Positions 19,577-31,500 of a stretch of DNA of 64,000 nucleotides are shown piece by piece. Below the pieces are notes generated by a model. It saw nothing but the letters and a program-made list of their open reading frames with translations, ran no database searches and was not told where the DNA came from. The stretch's first letter is position 1, and every line of letters begins with the position of its first letter. Both the position numbers and the translations under genes were made by a program. This DNA is from an uncultured beta proteobacterium (GTDB lineage Bacteria; Pseudomonadota; Gammaproteobacteria; Burkholderiales; Burkholderiaceae_C), in NCBI GenBank assembly GCA_963750805.1, contig CAVVSV010000015.1, forward strand, positions 7,468 to 71,467, written 5' to 3'.

Positions 19577-22500
19577 ACCTCCAGGTCGGGTTCACGTTCT
19601 ACGACAGACTTGCTCTTGTCTTCGGCAACCTTGCTCAAATCAATGGTCAGCTCTGCAACGGTCAACAGCCTGCTTTCTGCCACCAACACAGGGTTGGCTG
19701 TCACCAAGGTCTGAATCAGCGACGCAGGCTGGTTCAACAACGTTGGTGCCGCAGCCAGTGCGTTGACTGACAAAAGCAGCGATTGAGCCTGCTGTGAAAA
19801 GACCCACCCTGCAACGTTGGACAAATTCACGTTGGTAAAGCTGCCCGAGCTGGCGGCGAAATTCATGAAGCTGTAGCTGGACCCGGCTGGTGGCGTGTAG
19901 CCGTTATAGGGCATAACGTTCAAGGTTCCAGCGAGGCTTGCAGAACCCGTGACATTGATCCAGTCGTACTCCGTTCCCTGGGTCAGGCCACCCAATTCGA
20001 TGTTGAGCACGCTGGCTGAGTTCATTACCAGGTTTCCGCTGATGGTGATAGCCCCCGGCGAAAAGCCCGGTGCCAGCACACCAGATCCCACGGTCACATT
20101 GCCGTTGACGGTGCCGCTACCTTTGATGACGCCGCCATTCATGGTGATTTCGCCCGTCACACTGCCACCTGAAAGCACCAGTGCACTGCCGGGTTGCTGG
20201 GTCAGTCCATTGGTGAATTGCACATTGCTGCCCGCAGTGGCCACCAGAACACCCGCGTTGGTGAGCGGCTGGGCAAAGGTTAGCCCGCTGCCCATATTGA
20301 TCGTGCCAGTGTTGGTTATCGCGTTGGGAATGGTCGTGCCTGCCAGGTTGAGTGTGGCAGTGTTGGCCAGCGGCCCGGTGTTGGTCCAGTTCACTGCATT
20401 GCCTGAGGGAAGATTCATGTTGCCGCTGCCTGACATGCTGAGTGACCCGCTGCCCGCAAAATTGCCACCCGAGAGTCCAAACGTGCCAGCTACATCCAAT
20501 GTTCCCAGGTTATTGAGCGTACCGCCTTCCAGGTAAAGTCCAACGCCGTCGGGCAACAGTGCCGACCCCGACAAGGTCAGGCTGCCAGACTTCACGGTGA
20601 GCGAGCCGTTGGGCAGGGTCAAGTTGTTAAAGCCAAAGTTCAGACCGTCGATCACCCGGTCACCGTTGCCTGCAAAGTTGAACGTGCCGCCGCCCGAGAA
20701 ATTGACGGAACCCTGTCCGGCAATGGTGCCGCCAATCCAGCTCAGTTGGCCTGCCGGATTGCTCATATCCAGTTGTGCACCAATCGGCAGATTCAGCAGA
20801 CCATCCAGTTGCTGCGCCACCGGCCCGGCAACGGTCACCAAGCCGCTGACGTTGAAGGTGCCGGAGTTGTACAAGTTGCCGCCAATCGTGGTGTTTGTCA
20901 GATTGGCAGTAGCACCGGTCAGGTTGGTGAAGTCACCTGGAAGCATCAAGTTGCTTCCAGCTGTCACAGTGCCGGCGTTGGTGAACGCGGCTGCGCCGCC
21001 CGTTGCAAAGGCTACGGTACCTGAAGCCACAACCAGTGCCGAGCCTGCAGCCACGCTGGCCCCTGCAGCAGGCAAATTCAGCACGCCATTGTTGATGTTC
21101 CAGGTGCCACCACTGATGACCTGGGCGCCACTGTCATTGAAATTGACAGTCGCGCCAGCTACCACAACGGGCATGTTGGACGCAAATGCATTGGCGAAGC
21201 TGACTGCGCCTGAATTGAATTGCGCAATCCCATTGCCTCCTACAGTGATCGGCCCACCCGTGAAGCTGGCTCCGGGCGCAAAGATGATGTCGCCGGACAG
21301 GGTGCTATACCTTTGTGCAACAGCCTGGCTGGAGGAAGTAAGCGTCAAATTGCCGACAGACTGTGTGATGTTGAGGGCAGCAATTGGAGTCAGGTTGATG
21401 GCAGGATCCAGCGTAGAGCCATAGGTCAGGTCAATTGATTGGCCAATGGCAGTGAAAGCATTGTTGTCGCTGCGGTAAATTGATCCGCCCGCATTCAGTT
21501 GCAGGTTGCCCGCGGCCGATAAGGCGGTGTTGGAGCCATTGCTGCCCCCGTCATTGATCTTCAAATCCATGACGCCTGCAGCAGCCAGCACGATGGCACC
21601 GGACGTGGTGCTGGTCACATTGCTGGTGGAGGTGATGCCAATGTCTCGCCCGGCGTTCACGCTGATGGCGGCCACGTTGTCTGCCAGCCCGGCGATGCTG
21701 GTCTGCACATTGCCGTTCAGGGTGATGTCGCTGGCCCCACTGGTGGCCAGGGTGATGAGTCCCGTGCCCGAGGTGATGGAGCTCACCACCAGGTGGCTGC
21801 CCGTGCCGGTGGTGGCCAGCGAGATAGGGCCACTGCCACTGGTCAGTGGCCCCATCGACATGGTGGCCCCCGAATGGGCGGTGATGCTGGTGCCAGCGCT
21901 CAAGGAGCCAACGCTCAAAGCACCCGTGCCGCTTTGAAGGTCAATGGCACCCAGTGTGGCGGTGGCCGTGTTCACGGTCATTCCGCTGGCCGCCGTCAAG
22001 TTCACATCCCCGGTGCTGGCGGTGATGGCTCCCCCCAGGTTGCCAAGTGTGCTGCCCGCCGATACGTTGATCACCTTGGCTGCCAGACTCACGGCATTGC
22101 CATCACCGCGGTAAATGGCACCCCCCGCTGTCAGTTGCAGGTTGCCTGCGGCTGCCAGGTCGGTGTTGGAGCCATTGCTGCCCCCGTCATTGATCTTCAA
22201 ATCCATGACGCCTGCAGCAGCCAGCACGATGGCACCGGACGTGGTGCTGGTCACATTGCTGGTGGAGGTGATGCCAATGTCTCGCCCGGCGTTCACGCTG
22301 ATGGCGGCCACGTTGTCTGCCAGCCCGCTGGCACTGGTCAGCAAAGAACCATTCAGCACAATGTCAAATGCACCCACGGTAACCAGTCGAATGGCCCCAC
22401 TAGTTGTCAAGCTGCCGATATTGAAATGGCCAAGGCTACGCATTAAATCCAGGCTACCTGTCGGGTTGAACGTGCCGCCAGTCTGGTTGAAGTCACTGGT

Positions 22501-25500
22501 CACGGCGATGCTGCCGCTGCCACCAAAGCTTCCGGACGACAAATTGACGACCGGCGCAGTGAAACCCCCATTGGCGACCAATGCCCCGCCCGTGATCGTG
22601 AGAGTCGTGCCACTGTTCATGGTCAACGTGCCGAGGGTGGTCAAGTTTCCGCTGGCAAGCACCAGGTTCTCATCAGATATCAAGTCCAGCAGGCTGTAGC
22701 TGCCGCCTGTGATGGTGATGGTCTGGTTGCCAGCAACATTCAACTGCACCCGCTGACCGGCCGTTGGCGCTGCGCCGGTACTCCAGTTGCTGCCTATGGA
22801 CCAGTCGCCACTGGTGCCGATCCAACAGTCGTCTACCGCACAACCGCTGCCTTGGGCTAACGTGAAACCAGTTGCTCCATAAGCTGGGACCAACCCGGTG
22901 AATCCTGTGCCATTCAGTGTTGCAAAACTTCCGCTTTGCGATGCATAAGTCATAACTCCCAGGTTCTGGTTGGCAACCGGGATGAAACCGTTGATCGCTG
23001 TCAAGTTGACTGTGCCGTCCAGCGTCGCGTTTCCGCTCACGGCGAGTCTGTCAAATTGACCCACAGCATTGCCTTCAACTTGCAAATCAAGAAGCCCGCC
23101 GGCTGTTTGCGTAAAGTTGCCGGTAATGTCCATGGTGCCGGTTGCATCAGCGCCACCACCATCAGGGCGGATGATCCCCGTATTGACCAATGCTCCGCCC
23201 GTCACATCGTAAGTGCCACTTCCTGCGAGCACCCCACTGTTTGTGAACCCTCCAGACTTGCTGAATACTGCGCCACCACCAGCGACGCGGATTGTGCCGT
23301 TTTGCGTGAGACTTCCACTGATATTTAGCGTGCCGCCGTTGACGGTGACGATGCCCGAGGCGGCGTTGTTGAAGGCGACACTGACATCGGCGACGGTGGC
23401 GGTGGTCTTGTTCAGGGTGCCCGTGTTGTTGAAGGCATTGGTGCCGGAGTTGTTCAGCAGCGGGGCGGTTTGTGTACCGTCCAGGCTGAACGTGCCCGAG
23501 TTGTTGATCGTTCCGGTGTTGAATCGCACGATGTTGGCGGCAGTCATCGAGGTGCTGCCCTGGGCGTTCCAGACCTTGGACAGGGTGATGTCACCTACCG
23601 AGACCACGCCCGTGGTGGTGAGTTGGCCCGTGCCGCTGAGCACGCCGTTGGTCAAAGTGGCGGTGGCAGCCGAGATGTTGGAGCTGCCCCCCAGCGTGCC
23701 AGCGGTCATGGACAGGCCGTTGACAAAGTTGGTGGTCCCCAGATTGAAATTGGCCGTACCGCTGCTCAGCAGGAAGCTGCCGGTGGTGGCGATGCCCAGC
23801 GTGCTGCCGGCGTTGAAGTCGACCGTGCCGCTGGAGACCTGCAAGAGGCCCGCGCCCGCCACGCCACTGCCCGTGCCAAAGCTGCGTGTGCTGGCCAGGT
23901 TCAGTGTGGCCCCGCTGGCCACCGTGTAGTTGCCCGCATCGGTGCCGGTTCCACTCAAGCCCAGCGTGCCGCCGTTGACGGTGACGATGCCCGTGGCGGC
24001 GTTGTTGAAGGCGACACTGACATCGGCGACGGTGGCGGTGGTCTTGTTCAGGGTGCCCGTGTTGTTGAAGGCATTGGTGCCGGAGTTGTTCAGCAGCGGG
24101 GCGGTTTGTGTACCGTCCAGGCTGAACGTGCCCGAGTTGTTGATCGTTCCGGTGTTGAATCGCACGATGTTGGCGGCAGTCATCGAGGTGCTGCCCTGGG
24201 CGTTCCAGACCTTGGACAGGGTGATGTCACCTACCGAGACCACGCCCGTGGTGGTGAGTTGGCCCGTGCCGCTGAGCACGCCGTTGGTCAAAGTGGCGGT
24301 GGCAGCCGAGATGTTGGAGCTGCCCCCCAGCGTGCCAGCGGTCATGGACAGGCCGTTGACAAAGTTGGTGGTCCCCAGATTGAAATTGGCCGTACCGCTG
24401 CTCAGCAGGAAGCTGCCGGTGGTGGCGATGCCCAGCGTGCTGCCGGCGTTGAAGTCGACCGTGCCGCTGGAGACCTGCAAGAGGCCCGCGCCCGCCACGC
24501 CACTGCCCGTGCCAAAGCTGCGTGTGCTGGCCAGGTTCAGTGTGGCCCCGCTGGCCACCGTGTAGTTGCCCGCATCGGTGCCGGTTCCACTCAAGCCCAG
24601 CGTGCCGCCGTTGACGGTGACGATGCCCGTGGCGGCGTTGTTGAAGGCGACACTGACATCGGCGACGGTGGCGGTGGTCTTGTTCAGGGTGCCCGTGTTG
24701 TTGAAGGCATTGGTGCCGGAGTTGTTCAGCAGCGGGGCGGTTTGTGTACCGTCCAGGCTGAACGTGCCCGAGTTGTTGATCGTTCCGGTGTTGAATCGCA
24801 CGATGTTGGCGGCAGTCATCGAGGTGCTGCCCTGGGCGTTCCAGACCTTGGACAGGGTGATGTCACCTACCGAGACCACGCCCGTGGTGGTGAGTTGGCC
24901 CGTGCCGCTGAGTGAACCTGATGTAAAACTTGCCGTGGCCAAAGTCAGATTTCCCAAACCTCCCAGAGTGCCTGCGGTTTGGGTGTAAACGCCACCTACG
25001 TTCGACAAACCATTGAGTGTCAGTGTGCCACCCGACTGCAAAGTCAAATTTGCGCCAAACACCGCATCGCTGGACACCAGCAACGTGCCGCCAGAGGCGA
25101 CTGTGACACTTTCCGTGGTAGTCAATTTGTTGACTGAAATGGCCGATGTGATGGTCACCACCGGATTGGCATTGGGTCCCCTGTCAATGATGATTGTGTC
25201 GGTTGCCCCTGGAACCACGCCCGCGCTCCAGTTGGAGGCCACGTTGAAGTTTCCACTGGAGTCGGTATTCCAGACGTTGACCCCGGTGAAGGCGAGACCG
25301 CGCTGTAGGTATGCATTTTTTGAATCAACACCCAACGCGAACGGCTCCAAGCCATTGGGCGGAACTACCGTGGCAAATGTGCCGCTGAGCGCGCCACCTG
25401 CGCTCACGATATGGAAAACGTCGCCCAGGGCTGCGACAAATCCGCCTGTCTCAAGCACATTCACAGTACCACCCAATGTCACATTGCCAGTGACGTGAAT

Positions 25501-28500
25501 CGCATCGTAGCCCGACGCGATGCCCCGGGCGTAACCTGCCATCTCGATGTTGATGACGCTGGTACCGCTCAATGTCAAGTTGCCGGTGATGGTGGAAAAG
25601 CCCGGGCTGGCTCCGGGGTTCAAAATGCCGTTATTGGTGAGGGTTCCTGTGCCGATACTGATGTTGCCGCCATTCAGGAGGGTGCCGTTGTTGGTGAAGG
25701 ACAGGTTGGTGCGCGAAAAGACGGCACCCGACGATACAAAGATGGTGCCAGCATTGGTTGAAAAACTGGCATTTGTGGACAGGGTGCCCGCTGAAACGCC
25801 GACGGTGCCATTGTTGACGAACGAATTGATGGCGATGGTGGTTGTCTGGCCAACGCCACTGGCAATGATGCTGCCGTTGTTGACGATGGTTGCGGCGCTG
25901 CTCTGGTTGAAACTGGTGTAGCCGGAGATGGTGATGCCCGAGGCGATCGTCAATGTGTTGGCTGCGCCATACCCGGCGTAGATGTTGCCACCGGACGTGA
26001 TGAGGGTGGCGCTGCCGGGGGTGCTCAAACTGACCGCACCTGCGGTGTCAAAGCCCCACTGCGTGCTGCCCTTGTTGACCGTGACGCCGTTGGCCAGGGT
26101 CAGGCCATTGAGCATGCGCAGGAAGCCGCCCGTGTGAGTCATATTGCTGCCAATCGTCACGCCGTCAAGGTAACCTGTACCGACGACATTCAGGGCTGTG
26201 GTGTCTCCGCTAATGAGGGTGCCACCAATGATGACGCCATTGCTGAGCGAAGTCAGGCCGCCCGTCTTGAAGATACCCCCTGCGCCGATGTCCAGCGTGT
26301 TACCCGTGCCGATGGTGAAGTTACCTGTGATGTTGATGCTGGTGCCCGCCGCGCGCGTGAGCGTGCCTAATGTAGTGATGTTGGCGTTGCCGTCCAGATT
26401 CAAAATCGCGCTGCCAGAAAGGTTGAGTGAGCCTGTATTGGAGAGATTGGTGCCGCTGAGCGTCAGCGTGCCCCCACTTGCGCTGATGGTGCCGCTGCTG
26501 CTCCAACTGGTCGGTGTCACATTGAAAGTGCCAGACGTCACACTCAACAGACCGACGTTTGTGAAGCTGTTGAGGTTGATCGTGGAGGTCTGGCCGACGC
26601 CATTGATGATGATGCTGCCGTTGTTGACGATGGTTGCGGCGCTGCTCTGGTTGAAACTGGTGTAGCCGGAGATGGTGATGCCCGAGGCGATCGTCAATGT
26701 GTTGGCTGCGCCATACCCGGCGTAGATGTTGCCACCGGACGTGATGAGGGTGGCGCTGCCGGGGGTGCTCAAACTGACCGCACCTGCGGTGTCAAAGCCC
26801 CACTGCGTGCTGCCCTTGTTGACCGTGACGCCGTTGGCCAGGGTCAGGCCATTGAGCATGCGCAGGAAGCCGCCCGTGTGAGTCAGATTGCTGCCAATCG
26901 TCACGCCGTCAAGGTAACCTGTACCGACGACATTCAGGGCTGTGGTGTCTCCGCTAATGAGGGTGCCACCAATGATGACGCCATTGCTGAGCGAAGTCAG
27001 GCCGCCCGTCTTGAAGATACCCCCTGCGCCGATGTCCAGCGTGTTACCCGTGCCGATGGTGAAGTTACCTGTGATGTTGATGCTGGTGCCCGCCGCGCGC
27101 GTGAGCGTGCCTAATGTAGTGATGTTGGCGTTGCCGTCCAGATTCAAAATCGCGCTGCCAGAAAGGTTGAGTGAGCCTGTATTGGAGAGATTGGTGCCGC
27201 TGAGCGTCAGCGTGCCCCCACTTGCGCTGATGGTGCCGCTGCTGCTCCAACTGGTCGGTGTCACATTGAAAGTGCCAGACGTCACACTCAACAGACCGAC
27301 GTTTGTGAAGCTGTTGAGGTTGATCGTGGAGGTCTGGCCGACGCCATTGATGATGATGCTGCCGTTGTTGACGATGGTTGCGGCGCTGCTCTGGTTGAAA
27401 CTGGTGTAGCCGGAGATGGTGATGCCCGAGGCGATCGTCAATGTGTTGGCTGCGCCATACCCGGCGTAGATGTTGCCACCGGACGTGATGAGGGTGGCGC
27501 TGCCGGGGGTGCTCAAACTGACCGCACCTGCGGTGTCAAAGCCCCACTGCGTGCTGCCCTTGTTGACCGTGACGCCGTTGGCCAGGGTCAGGCCATTGAG
27601 CATGCGCAGGAAGCCGCCCGTGTGAGTCAGGTTGCTGCCAATGGTGACAGCATTGAGATACAAGGTTCCCGTAACGCTGAGCGCAGTGCCGTCGCTGCTG
27701 ATGAGTGTCCCGCCAGTGATGGTCGCATTGCTGAGCAACGACAGACCTGCCGCGCCCAGGGTACCGTTGACCGCAATATCAAAAACGTTCCCGACGTTGT
27801 TGAGCGTCCCTGTCAGGTTGACCGTGCCGCCAAGGCTATTGATTGCCCCAATCCCAACCGTGGTGAAGTTGCCATCCAGGTTCAGCGTACCCCCACTGGC
27901 GTTGATGTTGCCGGTGTTGCTCCAGGAGGCCGTGCCGCTGGCGGCCTGGCCCAGATTGACCGTGCCAGCGCTGACATTGAAAACGCCCGTGGCACCGATG
28001 TTCATCGTGCCCACATTCCAGGTGCGCCCGGCCACACCAGCGGTGACCGTGCCATTGAGCGCGATGGTGTCCCCCGCGTAGTAGCCCAGGTAACTGGTGC
28101 CCGTGGTGCTGCCCGAGATCGTGATGCCGCTGCCGATGGTCAGGGTCTGGGCGGTGTTGACGCCCCGCAGGTAGCTGGTCCCTGTGCTGCCAAAGACGAT
28201 GTTGCCCGTGCCGGTGATGCTTTGCGTGGACTGGGAATCAAAGGCAGCATTGTTCAGCGTGATGGTGACGCCGTTCAGGTCCAACCCGCCGCTGTAATAC
28301 GTCGTGCTGTTGACCTGCAGGTTGGTGCCCAGCTTCACACCCACAAGTTCCCCGCTGGAGCTGGTCAGACTGAAACCCGCGTTGGCGGTCAGCTCATTGC
28401 CCGCACCCCCGCCGGTGACAGCGTCATTGGCGCCGCCAGAGGCGATGTTCAAGCTGGTCAGCCCCAGGGTGCTGAGGTTCAACAGCCCCGCCTGCAGGTT

Positions 28501-31500
28501 CAGGTTGCCGGTGATCTGCACCACGCCCGTGCCGCTTTGGTTGATATGACCCGTCTCAATGCCCGTGCGTGTGAAGTTGCCATCCAGGTTCAGCGTACCC
28601 CCACTGGCGTTGATGTTGCCGGTGTTGCTCCAGGAGGCCGTGCCGCTGGCGGCCTGGCCCAGATTGACCGTGCCAGCGCTGACATTGAAAACGCCCGTGG
28701 CACCGATGTTCATCGTGCCCACATTCCAGGTGCGCCCGGCCACACCAGCGGTGACCGTGCCATTGAGCGCGATGGTGTCCCCCGCGTAGTAGCCCAGGTA
28801 ACTGGTGCCCGTGGTGCTGCCCGAGATCGTGATGCCGCTGCCGATGGTCAGGGTCTGGGCGGTGTTGACGCCCCGCAGGTAGCTGGTCCCTGTGCTGCCA
28901 AAGACGATGTTGCCCGTGCCGGTGATGCTTTGCGTGGACTGGGAATCAAAGGCAGCATTGTTCAGCGTGATGGTGACGCCGTTCAGGTCCAACCCGCCGC
29001 TGTAATACGTCGTGCTGTTGACCTGCAGGTTGGTGCCCAGCTTCACACCCACAAGTTCCCCGCTGGAGCTGGTCAGACTGAAACCCGCGTTGGCGGTCAG
29101 CTCATTGCCCGCACCCCCGCCGGTGACAGCGTCATTGGCGCCGCCAGAGGCGATGTTCAAGCTGGTCAGCCCCAGGGTGCTGAGGTTCAACAGCCCCGCC
29201 TGCAGGTTCAGGTTGCCGGTGATCTGCACCACGCCCGTGCCGCTTTGGTTGATATGACCCGTCTCAATGCCCGTGCGTGTGAAGTTGCCATCCAGGTTCA
29301 GCGTACCCCCACTGGCGTTGATGTTGCCGGTGTTGCTCCAGGAGGCCGTGCCGCTGGCGGCCTGGCCCAGATTGACCGTGCCAGCGCTGACATTGAAAAC
29401 GCCCGTGGCACCGATGTTCATCGTGCCCACATTCCAGGTGCGCCCGGCCACACCAGCGGTGACCGTGCCATTGAGCGCGATGGTGTCCCCCGCGTAGTAG
29501 CCCAGGTAACTGGTGCCCGTGGTGCTGCCCGAGATCGTGATGCCGCTGCCGATGGTCAGGGTCTGGGCGGTGTTGACGCCCCGCAGGTAGCTGGTCCCTG
29601 TGCTGCCAAAGACGATGTTGCCCGTGCCGGTGATGCTTTGCGTGGACTGGGAATCAAAGGCAGCATTGTTCAGCGTGATGGTGACGCCGTTCAGGTCCAA
29701 CCCGCCGCTGTAATACGTCGTGCTGTTGACCTGCAGGTTGGTGCCCAGCTTCACACCCACAAGTTCCCCGCTGGAGCTGGTCAGACTGAAACCCGCGTTG
29801 GCGGTCAGCTCATTGCCCGCACCCCCGCCGGTGACAGCGTCATTGGCGCCGCCAGAGGCGATGTTCAAGCTGGTCAGCCCCAGGGTGCTGAGGTTCAACA
29901 GCCCCGCCTGCAGGTTCAGGTTGCCGGTGATCTGCACCACGCCCGTGCCGCTTTGGTTGATATGACCCGTCTCAATGCCCGTGCGTGTGAAGTTGCCATC
30001 CAGGTTCAGCGTACCCCCACTGGCGTTGATGTTGCCGGTGTTGCTCCAGGAGGCCGTGCCGCTGGCGGCCTGGCCCAGATTGACCGTGCCAGCGCTGACA
30101 TTGAAAACGCCCGTGGCACCGATGTTCATCGTGCCCACATTCCAGGTGCGCCCGGCCACACCAGCGGTGACCGTGCCATTGAGCGCGATGGTGTCCCCCG
30201 CGTAGTAGCCCAGGTAACTGGTGCCCGTGGTGCTGCCCGAGATCGTGATGCCGCTGCCGATGGTCAGGGTCTGGGCGGTGTTGACGCCCCGCAGGTAGCT
30301 GGTCCCTGTGCTGCCAAAGACGATGTTGCCCGTGCCGGTGATGCTTTGCGTGGACTGGGAATCAAAGGCAGCATTGTTCAGCGTGATGGTGACGCCGTTC
30401 AGTGTGAGGCCGCCCGTGTAGTTGGTGGTTCCGTTGACATTCAGATTGGTTGCCAAAACAACCTGGTTCAACGTGCCACTGGTGGTATTGAGCGTGGTTC
30501 CATTGCCACTGGAGATCGTCCCTCCCTTGAGTGCCAATGTGGCTGAAGAAGTGAGCGTGGCAGCCCCGCCACCGGTTGCATCTGAATTCGCGTTCAATAC
30601 CAGATTGAGCTTGCCCGTCCCTGTGGCACTGATGCTGGCGCTGATGTTGATGTTGTTGTGCGCCGACATCGTCAGTGAAACGTCACTGGCGCTGTTGGTG
30701 GTGATGGCACTGGACAGCGTGATGTCACCCGCCTGTGCGCCGCCTGCCGACGTGGTGATGGTCACATTGATGCCGGCATTCAGTGCGGCTTGAATGGTGG
30801 CCGTCGTGATGATGGCGGAATCAGCTGTGGTGGTGAAGTCAGGGTTGCCCGTGACATTGGTATCGCTGCCTGTCGCCTGAACAATCACGTTGTTGGGATC
30901 CAGCAACCACAGGCCCGCTTTGCCTTTGTGGCCATCGGCATACGTCCCTGCGGATGCGTCTGCAATCCAGCCGTCGGCGATGTTGAGCATGCGTTTGCCC
31001 GACGTTTCGATGCTGCCCCCATCGCCCCCCAGGGCGCCCCCTTTTGCCCCAATGCGCCCATATATTTGCGCAGTGTCATTGGCCCACACCACCACCAGGC
31101 CGCCATTGCCGCGCAAATCAGCATTGGCGTAAAGAGTGGCAGTTTTGGCGATGTAGGTGATGTTGCTGGTGATGATGTTGGGGTTGAGCCCCTGCCAGCC
31201 ACCGCCGACCATGATGGTGCCGCCGCCATTGGGCCCACTCGCATCCAGAACCGCCTCGTCGCCAACAACCACACGCCCCCGTGCGCTGACCCGGATGGTG
31301 CCGCCCACGCCGTAGCCTGCGCCTGAAGGCACAGGTGATGGCGAGGGTGAGGTTGGCCCGGCAGGTAGTGCGGGCACAAAAGGCTCAGGCCGGCCTGGGC
31401 TGTTCGCAGGGACAAGAGGCACCGACAAAGAATTGGCATCCACTGGTGCAGGAGCGGGCGTCACCGGGTCGATGGGGCCTGGTAACGCGTTGGCCTGCAA

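Noticed and set aside
23327-30402. Regularly spaced identical repeats that could be mistaken for a CRISPR array or satellite DNA.
   Set aside because: The units are 636-744 bp, directly abutting with no unique spacers, in frame and translated as part of tpsA. No cas genes are present.
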